A stretch of DNA of 62,801 bases, the filler included. It is 4 parts of 4 records of this genome, joined end to end, with 100 filler letters (N's around TTAATTAATTAA, not from the genome) between each part and the next. Parts side by side here need not be neighbours in the genome. Positions count along the whole stretch, not along the records: positions 28,310 to 39,136 come from SRR20825019_1426; positions 39,237 to 56,205 come from SRR20825019_1429; 2 more parts are not named here. One strand, written 5' to 3'. Positions 28,310 to 39,237 of this stretch are shown piece after piece. The notes under the pieces were generated by a model. It ran no database searches. It was given only the letters and a program-made list of their open reading frames with translations, and was not told the DNA's origin. The number at the start of each line of letters is the position of its first letter. The stretch's first letter is position 1. A program made the position numbers and the translations under genes.

Positions 28310-31300
28310 TTTATAGAGAGACCTGTATTATCTACAGTAGTCTCCATAGTCATTGTTATATTAGGAATCTTAGGTCTTTCTACGCTTCCTATTGAACAAT
28401 ATCCAGATATTGCACCACCAACTATACAAGTAACTGCCACCTATCCTGGCGCGAGTGCAGAAACCATATTAGAAAGTGTAATAATTCCTATTGAGGAACA
28501 AATTAATGGTGTGGAAGGTATGACCTACATAACATCAGACGCTACTAATAATGGAACCGCTAATATTACTGTTTTCTTTGATCAAGATGTAGATCCAGAT
28601 ATCGCTGCTGTTAACGTACAAAACCGTGTTGCAAGAGCAAACCCATTATTGCCGCAAGAGGTTATACAAACAGGAGTGCAAACACAAAAGCAACAAACTA
28701 GTGCTTTAATGTTTATGTCTGTACTTTCTAAAAATGAAGATTACAATGACACTTATATACAGAATTACCTAAGAATTAATGTAATACCATCTTTACAACG
28801 TGTTAACGGTGTTGGAGATGTTAATGTATTTTCGAGACAAGATTACGCCATGCGTATTTGGTTAAAACCAGAGAAACTTGCTGCTTATGGTCTTATACCA
28901 GCAGATGTTTCTGCAGCTTTGAGTGAACAAAACTTAGAGGCATCTGCAGGATCCTTAGGACAAAATAATGGAGAAGCTTTTACATATGCTATCACTTATA
29001 GTGGTCGATTTAAGACGGCAGAGCAATATGAGAATATTGTTATAAAAGCATTAGATAATGGCGAATACTTGAGGCTTAATGATATTGCAAAAGTAGAATT
29101 AGATGCCCAAGGTTACGACTCAAGCTCCACTACCAATGGTTATCCTAGTATTAATTTGGCCATTTATCAAACTGCAGGATCTAATGCACAAGAGATTATT
29201 GAAGATATTAAATCTGAATTAACTCGTCTTGAGAAAGATTTTCCAGAAGGAGTTGAAGCATTTATAAATTACGACACCAATAACTTCCTTTCTGCATCAA
29301 TTGAAAAAGTGGTGCATACTTTATTAGAAGCATTTTTATTAGTGTTTATAGTTGTATTTATATTCTTACAGGATTTTAGGTCAACTCTTATTCCTGCTAT
29401 AGCCGTACCAGTTTCGATAATAGGAACATTTTTCTTCCTAAACCTTTTTGGTTACTCTATTAACCTGTTGACGCTGTTTGCAATGGTACTCGCCATAGGT
29501 ATTGTGGTAGATGACGCCATTGTGGTCGTCGAGGCTGTACATGCCAAGTTAGATGAAGGTGCAAAAAGTGGAAAAAAGGCAACTTTAACCGCTATGAATG
29601 AAATATCTGGTGCTATTATATCTATTACATTAGTAATGGCAGCAGTGTTTATTCCAGTAACGTTTGTACAAGGTCCTACAGGTGTATTTTACGAACAGTT
29701 TGGTGTAACTTTAATTGTAGCCATCTTAATTTCGGCAATTAATGCATTAACGTTAAGTCCTGCATTATGTGCCTTATTTTTAAAACCACATGATGAAGAT
29801 GCTCAAGAGAAAAAAGGGTTTTTACAACGTTTTTATAGGGCTTTTAACCGTGGCTTTAATGCTACAATACAACGCTATGGGCGTTCACTAAGTTTTCTGT
29901 ACAGACAAAAATGGATTACAGTTGCTATTCTAGTTTTAGCTGGAGTTGGTATATGGTGGTCTGCCACTACTACACCAACTGGTTTCGTGCCTACAGAAGA
30001 TAGAGGTTTAATATTTATTAATGTTGAATTACCTGCAGGCTCATCTATAGATAGAACAAATGAGATAAACCAAGAAATTTACAATCAAGCTAAAGACTTG
30101 GAAGGTGTAGATGGAATCTCGCTTATAAATGGTCGTAGTTTAATTAGTGGATCTGGTAGTAATTACGGATTAGGCTTTATTAAACTAAAAGATTGGTCAG
30201 AGCGTGAGGATGAAAGCCTTTCTACAGAAGCTATAACTAAGCGTTTATTTGGTATTGCTGCGGGTATTCCAGAAGCAAAGATTATATTTTTTGCGCCTCC
30301 TAGTATTCCAGGATTTGGATTATCATCTGGGTTTGAGGTAAACTTGCTAGACCGTACTGGTGGAGATTTTAAAGACTTAGATGCTGCAACACAAGAGTTT
30401 ATTGGCAATTTAATGTCGCATCTAGAAATACAATATGGCCAATCTTCTTTCAATACAAAGTATCCACAATATGAGATGGATATTAATGTACCGTTAGCTA
30501 AAAAGTTTGGAGTTCCTGTAAGTAGTATTTTCTCTACTATGCAAGGATATATTGGCGGTGTATATGCATCAGATTTTGCAAGGTTTGGTAAGCAGTATCG
30601 TGTATATATGCAAGCGTTACCCGAAGATCGTACAGATAAAAATTCTTTAAATGAGATTTATATTAAAACTGGCAGTGGTGAAATGACTCCTATTACTCAG
30701 TTTGTAACACTTAATAGGGTTTATGGACCACAAACTGTTACACGTTTCAACTTATATAATTCAACTAAAGTAAGTGGTGGTGCAAATCCTGGATTTAGTA
30801 CTGGAGATGCATTGGCAATTGTACAAGAAGAAGCTGCAAAATTATCAAGTGAATATGACATCGCATTTTCAGGACTTTCTAGAGAAGAAGTTAGTGCTGG
30901 AAATCAAACTGTGATTATTTTCATGCTATGTATTCTATTTGTTTACTTTTTATTGGCAGCACAATATGAAAGCTACCTACTACCCTTTTCTGTAATATTA
31001 TCATTACCCTTAGGTGTATTTGGAGCCTTTTTTACTACCAAGGTATTAGGATTAGAAAACAACATCTATTTTCAAATAGCATTAATCATGCTAATAGGGC
31101 TATTAGCTAAGAATGCCATACTAATTGTAGAGTTTGCCTTGCAACGCCGTAAGCAAGGTGAGCCAATTGTAGATGCTGCAATAGATGGTGCTAAAGCAAG
31201 ATTAAGACCAATTTTAATGACATCTTTTGCCTTTATTTTAGGACTTATGCCACTTGTGCTTGCTAAAGGTGTAGGTGCAGAAGGAAACAGATCTATAGGT

Positions 31301-31447
31301 TCTGGTGCAGTTGGAGGTCTTCTTATAGGTACCATTCTTGGTGTATTTGTAATCCCTATTCTATTCATCTTTTTCCAATGGCTACAAGAAAAAATTTCTG
31401 GCAGCCCTCAACTACAAGAATCTAAAAAATTAGAAGAAACAATTTAG
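28310..31447 (+). CDS. RND (HAE1/AcrB-type) efflux permease, 5'-truncated
   Basis: Open from contig start (FIERPV..., QYPDIAPP); AIGIVVDDAIVVVE, AKNAILIVEF, RLRPILMTS. Confidence 0.95.
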   Translation, partial: FIERPVLSTVVSIVIVILGILGLSTLPIEQYPDIAPPTIQVTATYPGASAETILESVIIPIEEQINGVEGMTYITSDATNNGTANITVFFDQDVDPDIAAVNVQNRVARANPLLPQEVIQTGVQTQKQQTSALMFMSVLSKNEDYNDTYIQNYLRINVIPSLQRVNGVGDVNVFSRQDYAMRIWLKPEKLAAYGLIPADVSAALSEQNLEASAGSLGQNNGEAFTYAITYSGRFKTAEQYENIVIKALDNGEYLRLNDIAKVELDAQGYDSSSTTNGYPSINLAIYQTAGSNAQEIIEDIKSELTRLEKDFPEGVEAFINYDTNNFLSASIEKVVHTLLEAFLLVFIVVFIFLQDFRSTLIPAIAVPVSIIGTFFFLNLFGYSINLLTLFAMVLAIGIVVDDAIVVVEAVHAKLDEGAKSGKKATLTAMNEISGAIISITLVMAAVFIPVTFVQGPTGVFYEQFGVTLIVAILISAINALTLSPALCALFLKPHDEDAQEKKGFLQRFYRAFNRGFNATIQRYGRSLSFLYRQKWITVAILVLAGVGIWWSATTTPTGFVPTEDRGLIFINVELPAGSSIDRTNEINQEIYNQAKDLEGVDGISLINGRSLISGSGSNYGLGFIKLKDWSEREDESLSTEAITKRLFGIAAGIPEAKIIFFAPPSIPGFGLSSGFEVNLLDRTGGDFKDLDAATQEFIGNLMSHLEIQYGQSSFNTKYPQYEMDINVPLAKKFGVPVSSIFSTMQGYIGGVYASDFARFGKQYRVYMQALPEDRTDKNSLNEIYIKTGSGEMTPITQFVTLNRVYGPQTVTRFNLYNSTKVSGGANPGFSTGDALAIVQEEAAKLSSEYDIAFSGLSREEVSAGNQTVIIFMLCILFVYFLLAAQYESYLLPFSVILSLPLGVFGAFFTTKVLGLENNIYFQIALIMLIGLLAKNAILIVEFALQRRKQGEPIVDAAIDGAKARLRPILMTSFAFILGLMPLVLAKGVGAEGNRSIGSGAVGGLLIGTILGVFVIPILFIFFQWLQEKISGSPQLQESKKLEETI

Positions 31448-31449
31448 AC

Positions 31450-32856
31450 ATGAGAAAAGGAATCATATATAACATAGTTGCTATAGTAAGTGTTTCTGCA
31501 CTACTAACCTCTTGTTTTGTTGCCAAAGATTATACAAGACCAGAACTTAGCACTACAGAAAATTTATTTAGAACAGACCAATTACCACAGGATAGTATAT
31601 CTGCAGCAACGGTTTCATATAAAGATTTATTTAAGGATCAATATTTAGTGAACTATATAGAAGAAGGTCTTTCTAATAATATAGACATACGTATTGCTTT
31701 GCAGCAAATAGTTGCTGCAGAAGCTTATGTAAAACAAGGAAAGGCAGGCTACTTGCCAACTTTAGGTGCTAATGCAACCCTAACACATCAAGAACTTTCA
31801 AAAAACTCTCAATTTGGGTCTTTTCTTTCAAATACTTCTACAGATCAATTTGAGATTAATGCAAGTTTGTCTTGGGAAGCAGATATTTGGGGAAAAATCA
31901 GAAGTAATTCAAGAGCAACACAAGCGAACTACTTACAAACTGTTGCTGCTCACCAAGCAGTTAAAACAGAGTTAGTAGCGCGTATTGCTACAGCTTATTA
32001 TCAACTTCTTGCATTAGATGCGCAGTTAGAAGTTACAAAGGCTTCAATTGAAACAAGGGACAATAGTGTTGTAACCATAAAAGCATTAAAAGACGCTGGG
32101 CAGGTTACACAAGTTGCTGTTGACCAAAATGTTGCTCTTCTCAATAATGCTAAAGCGTTAGTTGTAGATTTAGAGGTTGCTATATTTAGAACAGAAAATA
32201 CACTAAGCATATTACTGGGAAAGGGACCTCAAAATTTTGAACGTGGAACTATTAATGATTTAGAGTTTACCACAGATTTGGCAATTGGTGTTCCTACTAC
32301 TCTTTTAAGAAATAGACCAGATGTAATGGCTGCTGAATATGCATTGATAGAATCTTTTGAACTAACAAATGTGGCTAAAAGCATGTACTATCCTTCATTA
32401 ACACTTACAGCTACTGCTGGTTTTCAAAGTTTAGACTTGGCAGATCTTATAGACACTAATTCTTTATTTGCTAACATAATAGGTGGTCTTACACAGCCTA
32501 TTTTTAATAAACGTGCCATAAGAACTCAAAATGAAGTTGCTGTTGCGCAACAAGAACAAGCTTTATTAAATTTTAAACAATCGTTATTAATTGCAGGTCA
32601 AGAAGTTTCTAATGCTCTGTATGGATATAATGCTGAAACTGAAAAATATGAATTCAGATTAAATGAAATTGAAGCTTTACGTAATGCCGAAACAAATTCA
32701 GAAGAACTGTTAAACAATGGTTTTGCAACATACTTAGATTTATTAACAGCCAGACAGAGTGCATTAAGTGCAGAACTTAATGTGGTAGACAGTAAGCTAC
32801 AACAACAACTATATATTATAGATTTATATGAAGCCTTAGGCGGTGGATGGCAATAA
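31450..32856 (+). CDS. Outer membrane efflux lipoprotein (OprM/NodT-like)
   Basis: Lipobox LTSC, SWEADIWG, P..LL.NRPDV..AE, ends ALGGGW. Confidence 0.93.
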   Translation: MRKGIIYNIVAIVSVSALLTSCFVAKDYTRPELSTTENLFRTDQLPQDSISAATVSYKDLFKDQYLVNYIEEGLSNNIDIRIALQQIVAAEAYVKQGKAGYLPTLGANATLTHQELSKNSQFGSFLSNTSTDQFEINASLSWEADIWGKIRSNSRATQANYLQTVAAHQAVKTELVARIATAYYQLLALDAQLEVTKASIETRDNSVVTIKALKDAGQVTQVAVDQNVALLNNAKALVVDLEVAIFRTENTLSILLGKGPQNFERGTINDLEFTTDLAIGVPTTLLRNRPDVMAAEYALIESFELTNVAKSMYYPSLTLTATAGFQSLDLADLIDTNSLFANIIGGLTQPIFNKRAIRTQNEVAVAQQEQALLNFKQSLLIAGQEVSNALYGYNAETEKYEFRLNEIEALRNAETNSEELLNNGFATYLDLLTARQSALSAELNVVDSKLQQQLYIIDLYEALGGGWQ

Positions 32857-32866
32857 AATAAAAGAG

Positions 32867-33451
32867 ATGGAAAAAACAGAGTTATTAAAACACTCAGCTT
32901 CTCGGTTCACAAAATTTGGCAGTAAACGGTTTACGCTAGATGAATTGGCCAATGAACTGGGAATCTCTAAAAAAACAATTTATAAGCACTTTAAGAATAA
33001 AGAAGATTTGGTTGCCGAAAGCGTTAACCATCTCTTAGAAGAAGTCATGTCTAAATTAAACGCCATATTGGAAGATAACGACAAAGATGCTATTCAAAAA
33101 ATTATTTGGATTTATAAGATATGCTTTAACTATTTAAAAGAATTTAAACCTTCATTTATTAATGGACTTAAGAAATATTACCCTAAAGCAGATGTCGTTT
33201 TTGAAGGTTTTAGAAGTGATGTTGTACACCAAATGATTTATTATTTACTAGTTGATGCTAAGGAAAATACTATTATAAGGAATGATGTAGATATTAAATT
33301 GGTATCACAATTGTATTTTTTGAGGGTAGATAATGTTGTTTTCAAATCTGATAACCTATTCTCTCTTTATTCATCAGATGTATTATTAGATCACTTAATT
33401 ATAAATAACTTAAAGGGTATTGTAAATTCAGACTATAAGGTTATGTACTAA
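32867..33451 (+). CDS. TetR-family transcriptional regulator
   Basis: HTH TLDELA.ELGISKKTIY.HF.NKEDL. Confidence 0.9.
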   Translation: MEKTELLKHSASRFTKFGSKRFTLDELANELGISKKTIYKHFKNKEDLVAESVNHLLEEVMSKLNAILEDNDKDAIQKIIWIYKICFNYLKEFKPSFINGLKKYYPKADVVFEGFRSDVVHQMIYYLLVDAKENTIIRNDVDIKLVSQLYFLRVDNVVFKSDNLFSLYSSDVLLDHLIINNLKGIVNSDYKVMY

Positions 33452-33474
33452 AACCAAATATTCGTTCAAAAAAG

Positions 33475-33512
33475 AAAACCCTCTTATGTGTTGTTTGCAT
33501 AAGAGGGTTTTT
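33475..33512. terminator. Bidirectional terminator
   Basis: AAAACCCTCTTATG...CATAAGAGGGTTTT between convergent genes. Confidence 0.85.
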
Positions 33513-33514
33513 AT

Positions 33515-34789
33515 TTATTCTTTAAGTTCATGTTCTTCTAAGTCTTTCCGAAGATCTAATTTTCTTAAACTTGGTAACAATGCTCCAGTAGAAACCACTG
33601 TAATTAGCGTCATACTACCGCCAAATATTACAGCAGTAACTGTTCCCATAAGTTTTGCTGTTAAGCCACTTTCAAAAGCACCTAGCTCATTAGAAGACCC
33701 TACAAACATAGAGTTTACAGAAGCCACACGACCACGCATTTCATCTGGTGTTCGCAATTGTAATATGGTTTGTCTTATAATCATAGAAATACCATCTGTT
33801 ATACCACTTAAGAATAATGCAATTACAGATACCCAGAACCAAGTAGACACTCCAAATAATATTATACAACAGCCAAAAGCAAATATGGCACCTAGTAATT
33901 TGTAGCCTGCATTTTTATTGAGAGGAAAATAAGCAGAGGTAAACATGATGATTAATGCGCCAACTGCTGGCGCAGCTCTTAATACTCCAAAGCCTTCTGG
34001 TCCTACCTTTAAGATATCTTGCGCAAAAACAGGAAGCAACGCTACTGCACCACCAAACAGAACTGCAAACATATCTAATGTTAACGCTCCTAATATTATC
34101 TTAGTTGAAAACACAAAGTTTAATCCTTCCTTTAAACTCTTAAAAACAGGTTCGCCTATCTTAGTATTTAAAATTGGTTTCTTAGGTATTTGAGTTAAAC
34201 TTAAAAATGCCACTAAAGAACATGCAAATACAAAACACATAGACCAATGTACACCTATCCAATTAATGGCAAATCCGGCAATGGCAGGTCCAACAACTGC
34301 ACCCATTTGCCATACAGAGCTACTCCAAGTTGCAGCATTAGGATATATTTTCTTAGGAACAAGTAATGAGAATAATGAGAATATAGTGGGACCAATAAAT
34401 GATCTTACAACACCTCCTAAAAATACCAGTGCATATATTGTATACAATACTGTATTTTGAGACCAGTCTCCTATTACTTCTGGCCAGGTAATGAGAAATA
34501 GTCCAAAACTAATGACAGAAAAACCTAATATACACTTTAATAATAATCCTTTCTTTTCTTTTTGATCTACAACATGACCTGCAAACAATGCCAAAGAGAC
34601 AGCCGGAATAACTTCCATTAAGCCAATAATACCTAATGAAAAAGGATCTTTAGTTATACTATAAACCTGCCACTCTATCACGACAAATTGCATAGACCAC
34701 GCAAAAACCATAGCAAAACGTACTAATAAGAAGATATTAAACTCTCTAAATCGCAGTGCTGCGTAAGGATCATTCTTTTTCTTTTCCAT
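33515..34789 (-). CDS. MFS transporter (EntS/DHA3-like)
   Basis: About 12 TM helices; LDMFAVLFGG..ALLP, TPDEMRGRV. Confidence 0.9.
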   Translation of the reverse strand: MEKKKNDPYAALRFREFNIFLLVRFAMVFAWSMQFVVIEWQVYSITKDPFSLGIIGLMEVIPAVSLALFAGHVVDQKEKKGLLLKCILGFSVISFGLFLITWPEVIGDWSQNTVLYTIYALVFLGGVVRSFIGPTIFSLFSLLVPKKIYPNAATWSSSVWQMGAVVGPAIAGFAINWIGVHWSMCFVFACSLVAFLSLTQIPKKPILNTKIGEPVFKSLKEGLNFVFSTKIILGALTLDMFAVLFGGAVALLPVFAQDILKVGPEGFGVLRAAPAVGALIIMFTSAYFPLNKNAGYKLLGAIFAFGCCIILFGVSTWFWVSVIALFLSGITDGISMIIRQTILQLRTPDEMRGRVASVNSMFVGSSNELGAFESGLTAKLMGTVTAVIFGGSMTLITVVSTGALLPSLRKLDLRKDLEEHELKE

Positions 34790-34909
34790 AATGCGAAGCT
34801 ACTACAACATTTATATATTTTTAAGACTTTATGGTATGAATCTTGTCCAATATACTATGCAATAAAAGTTATTGCAACACATATTATAATTAACCAAAAA
34901 TTGAAGATT

Positions 34910-35170
34910 ATGAATACGAGAGACAAAGGTTTAGGAATAGCAGCGTTAATAGGATTAGGTGTAAGTGCCTTAGCCGTTTTAGGATATAAAAAATTACCGA
35001 AAGACAAAAAGGATAAAATTAAGTCTACACTTAATGATGCTGGTACAAAAATAAAAGATACAGCTGGTGATGTAAGCGATACTGTTACAGATACTTTTGA
35101 AAAAGTAAAAGGTAAGGTTGCTAACACTAGTAAAAATGTAAAAGAAGATGCTAAAGAGTTAGTATCTTAA
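34910..35170 (+). CDS. Small YtxH/LEA-like membrane-anchored protein
   Basis: Gly-rich TM helix then K/D/T-rich amphipathic repeats. Confidence 0.65.
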   Translation: MNTRDKGLGIAALIGLGVSALAVLGYKKLPKDKKDKIKSTLNDAGTKIKDTAGDVSDTVTDTFEKVKGKVANTSKNVKEDAKELVS

Positions 35171-35190
35171 TTAAATACAAGTAAAAATGT

Positions 35191-35225
35191 AAAAGCGACT
35201 TATTTAATAATGGGTCGCTTTTTTT
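35191..35225. terminator. Bidirectional terminator
   Basis: AAAAGCGACTTATT/AATGGGTCGCTTTTTT. Confidence 0.75.
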
Positions 35226-36132
35226 ATGTAAACTTTTTTCCTTTTTTCATTTTCTTACTGCTATTAATAAAGTAAACTCCTGTAAGTAATACAGCTGCAG
35301 ATACTAATGTCTGAGTGGTAATTGTTTCATCTAAAAAATACCATCCTAAAAAAATAGCTATTATGGGATTTATATAGGCAGATGTTGCCACTTTTTCTGT
35401 TGAGACAACTTTTAATAAGTAATTAAACGACGTAAATGCGGCTATACTTCCAAAAAATATTAGTCCTAATAAAGAAAGTTGTGTACTGGTTTGCCAAGTT
35501 GTAGGAAAGCTCCAAGACTCTCCAGATATAACACTTGCTATACCCAACATAAAACCACCAAGAAGCATTTGATAACCAGTGTTTACAAAAAAGTTTTTTG
35601 GTAATTCGGCTTTAGAAACAAAGACGCTGCCTATACACCAACTTAAGACACAGGTAAAAATTACTAGCATTCCTAAAACACTACCTTCTTGTGTAGTAAG
35701 CTCCTGTTGACTTACTAATAAATAAATTCCTATAATTCCTAAAATTATACCTACAACAGATTTTAGTTTAATAGGCTTTCTATCTACAATTCGCATTAAA
35801 ACTAGAATAAGTAAAGGTTGTAATGACGCTTCAATAGCAGCAAAGCCACTATCTACAAATTGTAAAGCCCAAACAAACATCCCGTTACCGTATGCAAGAA
35901 ATAAAAATCCTGCCAAAGCACAATTCAATAGCTGCTTCTTAGAAATTTTAAGGGATAATTTTAAACATTTAGCAATGATAAAAATTAAAGATCCTGCAGT
36001 TGTAAAGCGAATACATGCTAACATTAAAGGATCTAACTCTGTAACAGCTAACTTATTCATTACATAGGTAGAGCCCCAAAATACATAGATTGAGAAGAAA
36101 GCAACAATTATAAGAAGCGGATTACTTTTCAT
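35224..36132 (-). CDS. EamA/DMT family transporter (YedA-like)
   Basis: IY..WGSTY, about 10 TM helices, AYINP..A..LG....E. Confidence 0.9.
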   Translation of the reverse strand: MKSNPLLIIVAFFSIYVFWGSTYVMNKLAVTELDPLMLACIRFTTAGSLIFIIAKCLKLSLKISKKQLLNCALAGFLFLAYGNGMFVWALQFVDSGFAAIEASLQPLLILVLMRIVDRKPIKLKSVVGIILGIIGIYLLVSQQELTTQEGSVLGMLVIFTCVLSWCIGSVFVSKAELPKNFFVNTGYQMLLGGFMLGIASVISGESWSFPTTWQTSTQLSLLGLIFFGSIAAFTSFNYLLKVVSTEKVATSAYINPIIAIFLGWYFLDETITTQTLVSAAVLLTGVYFINSSKKMKKGKKFT

Positions 36133-36247
36133 TACAAAATGATAAAGCCTTAAAAGATTCCTTTCTTTTAAGGCTTAACAAATGTAGGTGCTTATTTTAT
36201 GTTTTGCTATACCTGTACGATTTTAAATATAACTATCATTAAGTACT

Positions 36248-36279
36248 AAAAAAAGCCGATAAGTAAGACTTACCGGCTT
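36248..36279 (-). terminator. Terminator after the alcohol dehydrogenase gene
   Basis: AAGCCGGTAAGT/ACTTATCGGCTT plus U-run on the minus strand. Confidence 0.75.
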
Positions 36280-36298
36280 AATTAATTCAATAAAATAA

Positions 36299-37348
36299 TT
36301 AATTTTTCAAAGATTGCATATCGATTACAAAACGGTATTTCACATCTGAGTTTGTAACTCTTTCGTAAGCAGTGTTAATAGTATCCATATCTATCATTTC
36401 TACATCACTCACAATATTATGTTCTCCACAAAAATCTAACATTTCCTGTGTTTCTTTAATGCCTCCAATAAGAGAACCAGCAACACGCTTACGTCCCATT
36501 ATTAATCCGCCACCATGCATTGGCTCTAAAGGTTCAATGGCACCTACCATACACATTGTAGAATCACGTTTTAATAATTGTATATAAGGATTAATATCGT
36601 GTTTTACAGGAACCGTATTCAGCAAGAAATCAAAAGATCCTTTGTGCTTTTTCATATCGTCTTCATTCTTTGAGATTAAGACTGAAGATGCGCCTAAACG
36701 CTTTGCATCATCTGCTTTAGAAGGCGATGTTGTAATCATTACAACTTCTGCTCCCATTGCTGCAGCTATTTTAATACCCATATGACCTAAGCCACCAAGA
36801 CCTATAACTCCTACTTTATCACCTTTCTTTACATTCCAATGTTTTAAAGGAGAATACGTTGTTATTCCTGCACATAGTAAAGGTGCTACTGCTTTTTCTT
36901 CTAAATTTTCTGGTACTTTAAGTACGTAATATTTATCTACAACAATAGTTTCAGAATAGCCACCAAAGGTATGTCCACCTAAGTGTTTATCCTTACCGTT
37001 ATATGTACCAACCATTCCTTCTTCACAAAATTGTTCAAGATCGTCTTTACAAGCGCTACACTCTCTACAAGAATCTACCATACAGCCTACTCCTACTAGC
37101 TCGCCTTTTTTAAAGTTAGAAACATCACTTCCTACTTCTACAACGCGACCAATAATTTCGTGTCCTGGAACAACAGGATATTTAGAGCCACCCCAATCGT
37201 TTCTTACTGTATGTATATCACTATGACAAACACCGCAGTAGGAAATCTCAATTTTTACATCGCGATCTGTAACGTCTCTACGTTCAATAGTCATTTCTTT
37301 TAAATCGGCATCACTACTCTTGGCGCCGTATGCTTTTATAGTACTCAT
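36299..37348 (-). CDS. Zn-dependent NAD(P) alcohol dehydrogenase (cinnamyl-ADH/YahK-like)
   Basis: CGVCHSD, GHE, C..C..C.......C, PLLCAGIT, GLGGLG, YRFVID. Confidence 0.93.
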   Translation of the reverse strand: MSTIKAYGAKSSDADLKEMTIERRDVTDRDVKIEISYCGVCHSDIHTVRNDWGGSKYPVVPGHEIIGRVVEVGSDVSNFKKGELVGVGCMVDSCRECSACKDDLEQFCEEGMVGTYNGKDKHLGGHTFGGYSETIVVDKYYVLKVPENLEEKAVAPLLCAGITTYSPLKHWNVKKGDKVGVIGLGGLGHMGIKIAAAMGAEVVMITTSPSKADDAKRLGASSVLISKNEDDMKKHKGSFDFLLNTVPVKHDINPYIQLLKRDSTMCMVGAIEPLEPMHGGGLIMGRKRVAGSLIGGIKETQEMLDFCGEHNIVSDVEMIDMDTINTAYERVTNSDVKYRFVIDMQSLKN

Positions 37349-37472
37349 ATAATTATTTATAATTTTACTTTAAAAATACGTTGTTATTTTACCATAGCCT
37401 TTTGTTTATAAGGCTTTAGTTGAAGTTTAACAACATTAATTAACCTATGGTAATATGGTATCGATTATAAAT

Positions 37473-38738
37473 CTATTTAGCTGAAACTTTCCAGATGATT
37501 CCTGCATCATCATCATTTACTAAAAGGCTACCATCTGGCGCTACAGCTACACAAACAGGACGACCATACACCGTACTTTCTTCTTCTGAAGCAATAAAGC
37601 CAGTTAAAAAGTCTTGTGGTTTTTGGGGCTTACCATTGTTAAATGGAACATACAGTACTTTGTATCCAGAAAATTCTGCTCTATTCCAAGAACCGTGTTG
37701 GCCTACAAATGCACCATTTTTATATGTTTCAGGAAATTGATCTGCCGTATAAAATGTTAAACCTAAAGATGCGGTATGGTTACCAACAGGAACATCTGGC
37801 ATTATTGCTTTATCTACCAAGTCTTGGTGTGGTTCGTCTTTCCATCTAGGATCATTTATTTGTCCATAATAACTATAAGGCCAGCCGTACCAACCACCCT
37901 TTTTTACACTTGTAATATAATCTGGTACAAGGTTGTTTCCTAACTTATCACGTTCGTTTACTGCTGTCCACAATTCTCCGGTAACAGGATTCCAATCCAT
38001 TCCAACTGGGTTTCTTAATCCACTTGCATAAGTAATTTCACCAGAGCCGTCTAGGTTAACTTCTAGAATTGTAGCACGACGTTCTTCTTTTTCCATGCCT
38101 TGCTCTCCTACATTACTAGCAGAACCAACAGAGATGTATATTTTGTCCTTAGCTTTATTAGTGATAATATTTCGTGTCCAATGGTTGTTATAACCACTAG
38201 CTGAAAGCTCAACAATCTTAGTACCTTCACCTTTTAAACTAGTATCACCTTCGTTGTATGGAAAACTGTACAAGCCATCTGTATTAGCTACATAAAATGT
38301 ATCATTAATAATAAGCATACCGAAAGGTTGATTTAAGCCTTCCTTAAAAACAAAACGTTCATCTATTTCACCATCGTTATCATTATCTCTTAAAAGTGAA
38401 ATTCTATTAGCACTGTTTTTAGTGTTACTTTCTGTTACGAAAATATCGTTATTTGGCGCAATGTAAGTCCATCTTGGGTGTTCTAACTCATCTGCAAAAC
38501 GAGTGACCTTAAATCCTTCTGGAGCAATTGGTGTATGGCCTTCTGGCCAAGCAATTACCTTACTATTATTTGTTACAGATTTACTGGAGAATGGAGCTTC
38601 AAGTGTTAATGGACCTATTGCGGTTTCAACCGTAACTGGCGATGCTGTTTCTGCAATAGTTTCTTTTTCCTCTTTGCTAAGTTTAGATTTACAGCTCATT
38701 AACACTGCAAAACAAAGTAATGTTGTTATATATTTCAT
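37473..38738 (-). CDS. Sorbosone dehydrogenase-family lipoprotein (beta-propeller)
   Basis: Lipobox LMSC, HWTR, GLRNP.G, NERD.LG, YGWPY, HGSWNR, GRP. Confidence 0.88.
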   Translation of the reverse strand: MKYITTLLCFAVLMSCKSKLSKEEKETIAETASPVTVETAIGPLTLEAPFSSKSVTNNSKVIAWPEGHTPIAPEGFKVTRFADELEHPRWTYIAPNNDIFVTESNTKNSANRISLLRDNDNDGEIDERFVFKEGLNQPFGMLIINDTFYVANTDGLYSFPYNEGDTSLKGEGTKIVELSASGYNNHWTRNIITNKAKDKIYISVGSASNVGEQGMEKEERRATILEVNLDGSGEITYASGLRNPVGMDWNPVTGELWTAVNERDKLGNNLVPDYITSVKKGGWYGWPYSYYGQINDPRWKDEPHQDLVDKAIMPDVPVGNHTASLGLTFYTADQFPETYKNGAFVGQHGSWNRAEFSGYKVLYVPFNNGKPQKPQDFLTGFIASEEESTVYGRPVCVAVAPDGSLLVNDDDAGIIWKVSAK

Positions 38739-38987
38739 AGTTAAGTTTTACTTAAAAATACGTGATTAATAAAGGCTTTCAACACTTCAAAAATCAATTA
38801 ATATAATTTTAACTAACAATTAAAATTCAATCTTAAAATTTAATAGGAATACCTCAAAAAACTATGAGACAGTAAAGTGTTAATTATAAAACAATGCTTA
38901 AGTTTGGCGTTAGATATGATGTAAGACGTAAGGTTACGTTTCCATAGAGTTATGGTTAGTGCCTTTTGAAACAGATTTTTTTTTGAT

Positions 38988-39136
38988 ATGACAAACGAAC
39001 AACACCATAAAGGTTGGAATGAGATAAAAACAAATGATTCTTGGGCTCTGTTCAAGATAATGGGTGAATTTGTAAATGGATTTGAACGCATGAGCCAGAT
39101 AGGACCTTGTGTTTCTATATTTGGATCTGCTCGTAC
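38988..39136 (+). CDS. LOG-family (TIGR00730) protein, 3'-truncated
   Basis: SW..FKIM.EFV.GFE....GPCVSIFGSAR; Bacteroidetes-type TAAGTTTG box at 38899. Confidence 0.85.
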
Positions 39137-39236
39137 NNNNNNNNNNNNNNNNNNNNNNNNNNNNNNNNNNNNNNNNNNNNTTAATTAATTAANNNNNNNN
39201 NNNNNNNNNNNNNNNNNNNNNNNNNNNNNNNNNNNN
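39137..39236. other. Artificial contig linker
   Basis: N44-TTAATTAATTAA-N44. Confidence 0.98.
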
Positions 39237-39237
39237 G

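Noticed and set aside
28310..33451. RND pump lacking a periplasmic adaptor as a novel architecture
   Set aside because: The contig starts inside the permease gene; the adaptor gene would lie upstream, outside the data
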